Below are positions 56,783 through 64,000 of a DNA stretch of 64,000 nucleotides, one piece after another. The position numbers and the translations under genes are program-made. Source of the DNA: a virus. Lineage: Duplodnaviria; Caudoviricetes. Location: positions 1 to 64,000 of IMG/VR virus record IMGVR_UViG_3300038443_000257. One strand, given 5' to 3'. Position 1 is the first letter of the stretch; the number at the start of each line of letters is the position of its first letter. The notes under the pieces are model-generated. The model was not told the origin of the DNA, searched no databases, and saw only the letters and a list, made by a program, of their open reading frames with translations.

Positions 56783-57247
56783 TCAAGCATCATTCGATAG
56801 GCCGTTTGTTGTGCTATGCTGTCTTGCCCATTCAAGGGCGCGAGCACGTACGTCGTCATCAATTGATGCATTAACAATTCCTCGTCCAGCATCAGGTGCG
56901 ATTTCAGCTTGCACGTTGGCGGGCTTTTCTTCGGCAGGCGGCCCATCGCTTCGCACAGTCTGTTCGGTTTCTCGTACGGCTCCCGATGGCAATCCGTGGT
57001 CTTTGGAGGTTGCGATGTTGATGCCGATGTTAATTGCACTGAGCAAACCAATAGCGATGTCAGCACAAGTCTGCATGTCGATACCAAAGTCATAACCAAA
57101 ACTCCGCAACAGGGAAACAATAGCAAACAGCAGTGCAGCTATCATGTTCGCACTGATCTGATGGCCCACCCACTTCTTCTTGTCGGCAACTTCTTCGCCT
57201 GCCTTAAACACTGAATATAGTGCTTTAATCTTTTCAATACTTAGCAT
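56783..57247 (-). CDS. lysis-associated membrane protein (putative holin)
   Basis: Two TM helices, directly after endolysin. Confidence 0.6.
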   Translation of the reverse strand: MLSIEKIKALYSVFKAGEEVADKKKWVGHQISANMIAALLFAIVSLLRSFGYDFGIDMQTCADIAIGLLSAINIGINIATSKDHGLPSGAVRETEQTVRSDGPPAEEKPANVQAEIAPDAGRGIVNASIDDDVRARALEWARQHSTTNGLSNDA

Positions 57248-57783
57248 TTCAATACCTCTCTTGCTTTCTTAAAGTAAGCTTGCCTTGCTGTCCACCCATT
57301 AGGCAAACCCGTCACTTTGTTCTTTCCGTTTACGTGGATGCTCAATGTCAAAAAATCTTCAGAATCTGCCAAGGCGTTTAGTCCACGATCCTTAAAAAAC
57401 CATGCCGCCGACCTACAAGCATTCTCAGGGAGGGACAGCAACTCCGGATGCTCTACACAATCAATCCCCAGTGCCATCATCGTTTTAAGAAAATTGAAAT
57501 ACCCCGTTGTTTGGATCAACCCTCTTCCTTTGTACAACTTACCCCATCCGGGATGCACATTGCCTAAGTCCTTCCGACCTTCATACGCCTCTCCAGAAGC
57601 AATCTCCTCTGTGTAACGAAGCTCTACTGATTCGTGGGCCACTTGGGCTAAGAATGCTGCCATGCGGAGGGGTGTATTAATCTCAAATTCTGCCATAGCA
57701 GCATTCAACGGAGCCAAGAAAACACTTGCACGATTCTTGGCATATGGCATAATGGCAGTAAGTTGTGCAAGTGTGATGTCCAT
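57241..57783 (-). CDS. endolysin, glycoside hydrolase family 19
   Basis: AAFLAQVAHES, YKGRGLIQTTG..N, SAAWFF, VNG..NG..AR. Confidence 0.92.
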   Translation of the reverse strand: MDITLAQLTAIMPYAKNRASVFLAPLNAAMAEFEINTPLRMAAFLAQVAHESVELRYTEEIASGEAYEGRKDLGNVHPGWGKLYKGRGLIQTTGYFNFLKTMMALGIDCVEHPELLSLPENACRSAAWFFKDRGLNALADSEDFLTLSIHVNGKNKVTGLPNGWTARQAYFKKAREVLKC

Positions 57784-58067
57784 CAGTGCTCCTTCTGGTC
57801 AATCATCTTGTTCAGACGTTCCTCTAGCCGATCAAGACGCATGTCAAGTTTTGTTCCATATGCCTCAAACGCTTTATTGATGTCTCGCAGAGCTTCTTTT
57901 AGTTCTGTGCTAGATGCGTAAGTCTCTGCCACATGCACCTTGTACGTTGCAAGATCGTTTTCCACCTTCTCCGCTTTCTTTTTTGTTTCTGTAAGATTTG
58001 CCCACAGCACGGCACACAGAGCACCCAGCAGCGCTTGCACTGGTCCCAACAACATGTTAAAATCCAT
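57783..58067 (-). CDS. membrane-anchored coiled-coil lysis-region protein
   Basis: N-terminal TM, YKVHVAETY, RLDRLEERL. Confidence 0.65.
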   Translation of the reverse strand: MDFNMLLGPVQALLGALCAVLWANLTETKKKAEKVENDLATYKVHVAETYASSTELKEALRDINKAFEAYGTKLDMRLDRLEERLNKMIDQKEH

Positions 58068-58068
58068 A

Positions 58069-58578
58069 TTAATCTCTCTCTACAAAGGTGAGTGTGTAGC
58101 CCTTAGAAAGAGCTTTTTGTACTACAGCAGCAGGCGTTGCGATCGACCCTAAATCCAGAGAAGACAACCTGCGCATAGAAATGGTAAGCTCGCTGCACTG
58201 CCAGCGACGATCTTGTGCAATGTCTAACATGTGAAAAAATCCTTCGACTGCTTGGACCTTACTGTAATTGTCACCAACATGGGACATCCCGTAAGCCTCT
58301 TCTTCTTTACTCATTGGTTTGTCTGTAGTGGCAATGTGATAGAAGCCGTGATCTAAATACTTCGTAAGTGGACTTACAGATACTTTAGGCACCACTGCCT
58401 CTATCACATGAGGCTCGCCACTCTTATCCTTCCAAACAACCGCAACATGGCTGTATTCGGACTCTGTTGCCATTCTCACAATCTGACTTTCTACGTCAGC
58501 AATAGTATCCCACTCTTGGTGGCTAACCGCTACAATGTCACCACTTTGACAGACATCTTTAAATTCAGAGTACTTCAT
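58069..58578 (-). CDS. permuted papain-like (NlpC/P60) enzyme
   Basis: GDIV, SEYSHVAVV (His), IEA, QCSEL (Cys), TP. Confidence 0.85.
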   Translation of the reverse strand: MKYSEFKDVCQSGDIVAVSHQEWDTIADVESQIVRMATESEYSHVAVVWKDKSGEPHVIEAVVPKVSVSPLTKYLDHGFYHIATTDKPMSKEEEAYGMSHVGDNYSKVQAVEGFFHMLDIAQDRRWQCSELTISMRRLSSLDLGSIATPAAVVQKALSKGYTLTFVERD

Positions 58579-58590
58579 ATAGTATCCCCA

Positions 58591-59403
58591 TTAAATTTCT
58601 TCCACGTCAATCTTAGCAGCCATAAAATTGAAGTACGGCGTCAACATCGCGGCGTTAGTAGACAGCCTCCCGTACAACATATGGGCCTGCTCTTTCTTGG
58701 CCTCAGTATTGTCCGGGAAAAGACTCAGGAACACTGGCTTCACCATTCCATTGTTGTACAAGATAGACCACAAAGCTGCCCTGTCATTGGCATCCAACGA
58801 GGGCATAGAAATAGACTGCTTACGGAATCTAGGCTTGACTGTAACTCGCATATCACCACTATATGTGCGGGACTGCTCACTCATGTCATTCATCGTCATC
58901 GATGTGTTACCTTGCTCCGCTCCAACAACAGACTCCCAATAGTTTCCAACGATGAGTCGGCCTGCCTCTACATACCCTTGTGTGTTGCCTGCGTCAGAGA
59001 TAGTGATAACTAGCTTTTGCACTGTTACGCGCTGAGCAAACCAGCAACGGGCATAAATACCACCACCATAAGCAAAATAATTTACACCCCTATTCGTTGC
59101 TACACCTCCGCTTGACGCTGTTACAGACGTAGAGTACACTGGTGTTGTGTCTCCACTGTTAGTATAAGCATTCACCGTGATAGTGGCATTGTCTGTGCAG
59201 TTAGTGAATGCAAACATAACACCACCAATTGTTTCTGCTGTAGTCCATGTCGCGGTAACGGTGAGGGATGTTGTGGTAGACCTGCACACATCAGACTTCA
59301 AATCTGTGGTAAGCTTAGTTACATCCAACCCTGTAGCTGTTGCTGTGGAAGAAAGGGTTGCCCTATCTGCCGCATTGTCATAGATAACTCTAAGGTTTGC
59401 CAT
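58591..59403 (-). CDS. tail protein
   Basis: Beta-rich, GYVEAGRLIVG; tail context; promoter 59443-59471 TTGACA-17-TACAAT. Confidence 0.7.
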   Translation of the reverse strand: MANLRVIYDNAADRATLSSTATATGLDVTKLTTDLKSDVCRSTTTSLTVTATWTTAETIGGVMFAFTNCTDNATITVNAYTNSGDTTPVYSTSVTASSGGVATNRGVNYFAYGGGIYARCWFAQRVTVQKLVITISDAGNTQGYVEAGRLIVGNYWESVVGAEQGNTSMTMNDMSEQSRTYSGDMRVTVKPRFRKQSISMPSLDANDRAALWSILYNNGMVKPVFLSLFPDNTEAKKEQAHMLYGRLSTNAAMLTPYFNFMAAKIDVEEI

Positions 59404-59477
59404 GATACCCTTTCAAAAATGAGCTAATAAAATCCTTAGAAGATTGTATCACGGCAAACACTTCTTGTCAAAACAGC

Positions 59478-59993
59478 TTACATCGTTTCGATAACAGTTT
59501 TATCCGTGTTGACAATGAAAGTGCGATAAGACTCCCAAGTATCATCGGGGATAAGATTGGCTTTCACAAGATTCGCTTTGTAAAGCTTAGACAGCGTGAG
59601 TGCATCTTGGATTACAAGAGGGGAATCAGGATGGCTAGCAAGAGCCGCATCATTCCAAGCTTTCGCTGCATCATCTTCTGAGCAAGCGGGATTTGCTTTA
59701 ATAAAGTCTATTGCCGCACTCTTAGCAGCAAATCTCTCCGATTCCACCAACTGTGTGATGACAGATTTAGGACCATAATCTGCGGTAATTCCCGGCCCAG
59801 CCCCAGCTTCCAATGCAATCAATTCATCTTGAGCAGACGCCAAGGAGATTTGAGCATCGCTGTTGACACTGTTTAAGCGCTGCACCAAAGATGCAGTAGC
59901 ATTCATAGAGCCTTGTAGCCCAGCGATTTTTTGTCGAAGCTCTTGGCGACGTGCTTCGTTCGCCAATGCTGTTTGTACATCAGTGTTATTCAT
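59478..59993 (-). CDS. hypothetical protein downstream of tail fibre
   Basis: N-terminal coiled coil plus helical domain; SD AAGGA. Confidence 0.7.
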   Translation of the reverse strand: MNNTDVQTALANEARRQELRQKIAGLQGSMNATASLVQRLNSVNSDAQISLASAQDELIALEAGAGPGITADYGPKSVITQLVESERFAAKSAAIDFIKANPACSEDDAAKAWNDAALASHPDSPLVIQDALTLSKLYKANLVKANLIPDDTWESYRTFIVNTDKTVIETM

Positions 59994-60005
59994 ATTGATT
60001 CCTTA

Positions 60006-63000
60006 TTAGACAGATTTTGTGTTGTGGCAAAGGAGCCCGCCAGCGAAATAAGTACCCGCGCCTTCGACACGGAAGCTAACTACTTGACCTTCTCCAACAG
60101 CTAGCACAGACTCCACAATGCTTTCCTTCAGGCCGAGAATCTGGTCGCCGCCGCGAAGGTTTTGTACAGTCACCCAGCCACGCTCGGCTACAGCAAATCG
60201 GTGATTTTCACTCCACTCCGTTGCTTCGCCGTTAGTAAGCTTGACACGATAGCGCTGTGCCCAAATGGTTGCCAAGTCTCGCACAGTGCCGCCTTGTGGC
60301 AAAGCCTGCATAGTTGAGTCATTGATAGCTGCTAGTTTAGCTCCGTTATGAAGTTCAGACGCATTGACTTCTTTACCGTTCAACAGCTTCACTTTCACCC
60401 AAGGAGCGGGGCACGCACCACCTTGGCTACCAGAACCTCCGCCACTAGAGCCTGCAACACCTGTGATTGTTCCCGTAGGAAGATTGGCATTATTCTGGTA
60501 GCTGTTTGAGTTAGACCCTGATACTCGCGATCCGTTGGGGGCAAAATCCTGCGTTGCAGACCAACCGTAACTATTTGCAATACGGATGCGCAAATAACCA
60601 ATATATACATACTGGCCACCTCCATTATTGGTGTCAAACACCACGTTCGGAGCAACCCCCGAAAGATTTGGATTGGAAGCAGAAGGATACGGAGAGTTGG
60701 CCAGAGAACTTCCGTTAAAAAAGAAGCCTAGTGCCCATGTCCCCCGAACGGTTCCAGTAGCACCGTCATACGTACGCGAAGGGCAGGCCGCGTATAGTTC
60801 TATGAACGGAGACAAATCGGTAGGCTTTGCAAAAAACTGCACATGTATCTGGCTCATCGCATCCAGATTATCTGTATTGCCAGAGTAAGATGTAGGGGTA
60901 AGGGCATAACTGTGGTAGACAGATATGCTTCCAGATGCATCACCCTGCCACTGTTGGTTTAAGTTGTTTGTGGTGAAGTTCACCATAGCTGGTTTTGGAA
61001 TAACCGACAAACAAGCGATATTTGGTGCACCACCCCTCGTCGTCGCATCGTTGTTGCCCCTCCAGATAATCCTGCCGTTAGCAATATTACCGTCAACTCC
61101 TTGCAGCAATCGGAACCAGTAGTCTGACAGAACCTGTGTACCGACTTGCATAGAGTTGGCTGCAACTTTCAATGCTGTGCCAGTGGACGCCAACTTAGCA
61201 CCCGCAGTAGGATTACCAATACCATCTTCCGCATAATTCGTTGTGCGCAGATCAGAAATATGCACAGAGTTGATAGCCTGATTGGCAATTAGAGTGGACG
61301 AGTTGGAACTAGTAATCTGCCCATTAACGTTCGTGCCAAGCGTTGCACCCACCGTGGCGTTGTCCGCAGGTTTGCCTGTGCCGGACACACCACTCCAAGT
61401 TGAAGTTGTCGATGCAATCGAAATATCCGCTGAAGTGTCTTCTGGAGCAGGCGTCCACGCCGTACCTTTATTACCCTCTTCAATTTGAATGGCATCTACG
61501 GCCATCCAGGCATACGTTGTGCAATGAAAACCGAACCTAGGCTCTATGGTTGTTACGCCAGAAGGACAAGTCCAAACCAAAGAGGCTTTTGTCCAACTGT
61601 CTTGATTCCCAAATACAACCCCGAAGTTCGCACCACCTATATGGGTTCCGTTTGACAATCTCCAAAAGGTACTTGTATTTGTAATTCCGCCCGCAGATTT
61701 ATAATAGAAACTAAGTGTGTATGCCTTTCCCGGTGTAACTTGAGCTAGCGGGCCACCCAAGTAAAGATATGCATCCACTTCAGCACCCCCTGTAGGGTCG
61801 CTATCAAAAAACAAAAACTTACTTCCTACGTAGGGTGATGTAGCCCCTGTATCGATTACACCGCCTGTTTGAGTGGCACGGCTAACACTTCCAGATGTTT
61901 CCGAGCAAGGGTGTTGTCCACGCTCAAATCCAGAGTCTTGTAGCAAGTTCCTTCCGCCCACAACAATATCAGCATTAAGTGTACCGGGCGCGGCATTATT
62001 AGGATTCAACTGTGCGCCAGCCGCCAACAATACTGAGCCATCTGGATTATATATAGTGGCAGATTTCATAGTGACACCACCTGAAGCATCCACTGCAAAA
62101 TTACCATTTGCAGAACTAATTGTCCCACTTACAGTTAAGTTGCCCGTATTTTCTGAAACAGAGTTAAGGCTTCCCACTTTCAACGAAGACCAATATGGAA
62201 TCGACCACGTCACTTTGTTCGTAGTGGGGTCATAAATACCGTCAGATTGATACAGGTATTGTCCAGAAGTTAGCGATGGTACTGTGCTGCTCCACGTCCC
62301 AGTAATACCTCCATCGTTCGTAGCAGGTAAACTTGTATTGCCGGTTGTCTGTGCGGGAGTTGTGGTAGTTGTGGCTGTAGCAGACGCACAGTAAGCTGTA
62401 ACGTACGATGCACCCTGTTGCCCCGTATTGCCGTTGCTGCCTGCGTATCCTACAGATGAAACAGATGCAGATGTCCAATTGAAACTTGTTTGTGTTACGG
62501 TAGCTGAGTCTACGAGATAGACCTTTGCCTCCCAAAGAGTCATCCCCGGAGTAGGAGACACCCCTGCCGAGGCAGACCAACCAGAAGGAAAAGAACTTAC
62601 TGCCCTGTTGCTCCATGTATAAGTTGCTGTACCAGAAGGGCTTGCTGGGATGCTTGCTGCCCATTGATAGACTGCTGTAGATGCACTCTGTACACCACTA
62701 TCACCTTGAGGGCCAGTTGCACCGTTCTTGGTCCACGCTTGAACAGTGGCGCTTGAATAGCTCACAGAGCTTGATGTTGTTCCAGATGCGGCTACAATCT
62801 GCGCAATAGCCACAAACAGACTAAGATTGGCAGTACCCGGATTCGTAGGCACAGTGGTGCTCCAACCATCACCTGTCACGTATCCCGTGTTAGCACCAGT
62901 TGACCAGTTATAATTAGATGTCCCTGTCGGATTTGCTGGAACAGTTGCCGCCCACTGATACAAGAAAGCCGTAGCGTATTGATTAGCTGGCGTGCCTGCT

Positions 63001-63977
63001 ACACCTGTCTTAGACTTAGCAAGAGTCACTGTGAGCGGAATCGTAACTCCGTTATAAACTGCTTGCAGAACAGCACTCGCTGTATCTGCTGACATTGCTG
63101 TGATGCTATATACACCCGAGGTATTAATAGTAATCGTACAATTGTTTTGTGAGGCAACAGAGTAAGTTACGCTTGCGCCAGTCTTATCAGTAATACCATC
63201 ATACACTTTGAACGTACCTGTAGCAGATGCATAGCTACCTACGGTGCCATCAGTTGCTGCTGCAAGTGTGATGGATTGATTGGTCAAGAAGCCACTAACA
63301 GAATTTGTACCACCTGTCACTTGCACAAGCGTCATTTCATCTACATAGACGCTGCCGTTAATCGTCGCCTGTACACGATAATTACGCGACGATGTAAAGT
63401 CTCCAGATGCCACCTCATATGTCGCGGAAGTGGCCCCGCTGATGTTCGTCCAAGTAGTACCGTTCCAATATTGCCACTGGAATGATGTCGCGTTATTACC
63501 GTACGGTGTTGCATTCAGCACAATAGATGTGGGAGTGAATGCAGATGTTGCAGTTGGGCGGCTAAACACTTGTCCACCAAACGTGGAGATTTCAACCCAA
63601 GCAGCAGACGAGCCAGTTTGGCCCGCAGAGCCGTCTACAACTTTAGTGAGAGTTGTACTAGCATTGTACGTAGAACCATTTCGTGTTACACTTGCAGTAA
63701 TAACAGCACTGCTCCCCGACATGCCGTTGTACGCTACAGTGGCAGTGTTATCTCCATTATCTGTAATAGTTGCACCAGCGGCGGTGAACGAAGCTGTACC
63801 AATAATGTTGAGGAGGTGGGCGGTAACAGTAATGTAGGAGGGATTGGTTGTCCCAGTTGCACTTACGTGGAATGTAGGAGAATCACTCGTAATTAGAATT
63901 GTTGCATCTTGAGAATTTACGTCTCGTTGAGTTATCCCCAACAAAAGTACATCCCTATCATTCATTACTGTTGCCAT
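60006..63977 (-). CDS. tail fibre / tail tip protein with C-terminal Hint domain
   Basis: Ser/Thr-rich Ig-like repeats, Gly-X-Y linkers, CBM-like GGRNLL...WTPAPED, C-terminal C-PAP...SENH...CHN-TKSV. Confidence 0.88.
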   Translation of the reverse strand: MATVMNDRDVLLLGITQRDVNSQDATILITSDSPTFHVSATGTTNPSYITVTAHLLNIIGTASFTAAGATITDNGDNTATVAYNGMSGSSAVITASVTRNGSTYNASTTLTKVVDGSAGQTGSSAAWVEISTFGGQVFSRPTATSAFTPTSIVLNATPYGNNATSFQWQYWNGTTWTNISGATSATYEVASGDFTSSRNYRVQATINGSVYVDEMTLVQVTGGTNSVSGFLTNQSITLAAATDGTVGSYASATGTFKVYDGITDKTGASVTYSVASQNNCTITINTSGVYSITAMSADTASAVLQAVYNGVTIPLTVTLAKSKTGVAGTPANQYATAFLYQWAATVPANPTGTSNYNWSTGANTGYVTGDGWSTTVPTNPGTANLSLFVAIAQIVAASGTTSSSVSYSSATVQAWTKNGATGPQGDSGVQSASTAVYQWAASIPASPSGTATYTWSNRAVSSFPSGWSASAGVSPTPGMTLWEAKVYLVDSATVTQTSFNWTSASVSSVGYAGSNGNTGQQGASYVTAYCASATATTTTTPAQTTGNTSLPATNDGGITGTWSSTVPSLTSGQYLYQSDGIYDPTTNKVTWSIPYWSSLKVGSLNSVSENTGNLTVSGTISSANGNFAVDASGGVTMKSATIYNPDGSVLLAAGAQLNPNNAAPGTLNADIVVGGRNLLQDSGFERGQHPCSETSGSVSRATQTGGVIDTGATSPYVGSKFLFFDSDPTGGAEVDAYLYLGGPLAQVTPGKAYTLSFYYKSAGGITNTSTFWRLSNGTHIGGANFGVVFGNQDSWTKASLVWTCPSGVTTIEPRFGFHCTTYAWMAVDAIQIEEGNKGTAWTPAPEDTSADISIASTTSTWSGVSGTGKPADNATVGATLGTNVNGQITSSNSSTLIANQAINSVHISDLRTTNYAEDGIGNPTAGAKLASTGTALKVAANSMQVGTQVLSDYWFRLLQGVDGNIANGRIIWRGNNDATTRGGAPNIACLSVIPKPAMVNFTTNNLNQQWQGDASGSISVYHSYALTPTSYSGNTDNLDAMSQIHVQFFAKPTDLSPFIELYAACPSRTYDGATGTVRGTWALGFFFNGSSLANSPYPSASNPNLSGVAPNVVFDTNNGGGQYVYIGYLRIRIANSYGWSATQDFAPNGSRVSGSNSNSYQNNANLPTGTITGVAGSSGGGSGSQGGACPAPWVKVKLLNGKEVNASELHNGAKLAAINDSTMQALPQGGTVRDLATIWAQRYRVKLTNGEATEWSENHRFAVAERGWVTVQNLRGGDQILGLKESIVESVLAVGEGQVVSFRVEGAGTYFAGGLLCHNTKSV

Positions 63978-64000
63978 TGTTTTCCTTTAAATTAAAACTT

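Noticed and set aside
1-64000. CRISPR array, cas genes, reverse transcriptase/DGR/retron
   Set aside because: No regularly spaced repeats or RT/Cas motifs seen by eye
1-64000. Stop-codon reassignment
   Set aside because: Core genes are intact under code 11 and all three stop codons are used

Overview
A 64 kb segment of a large, apparently lytic tailed dsDNA phage, read by eye without database searches. A betaproteobacterial host is inferred weakly from a PEP-CTERM-like gene and a prophage-like GC-rich block. Layout: (1-902, minus) part of a tRNA operon (Trp, Ser, an odd Thr) and a possible small terminase; (1-7 kb, plus) phoH, Clp-like protease, HNH, HD hydrolase, HNH and a serine recombinase; (7.1-24 kb, mostly minus) about 50 small early genes driven by many near-consensus sigma70 promoters, bracketed by non-coding gaps that may mark a ~12 kb terminal repeat; (24.1-24.7 kb) a structured non-coding origin/ncRNA candidate; (25.5-56.6 kb, plus) nucleotide metabolism and replication (SleB hydrolase, two nucleotidyltransferases, ThyX, primase-helicase, family B DNA polymerase, SSB-like protein, exonucleases, MazG-like protein, nrdAB, glutaredoxin, many free-standing endonucleases); (56.8-64 kb, minus) lysis genes (GH19), a permuted NlpC/P60 enzyme and tail genes, including a tail fibre ending in a Hint domain. 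Best novelty candidates: a nucleotidyltransferase preceded by two paralogous small proteins ending in WxxS..C; a stand-alone PEP-CTERM-like protein lacking PEP and carrying CCGVPVSA repeats; the Hint-tipped tail fibre; an HNH/serine recombinase pair; and several candidate structured RNAs.
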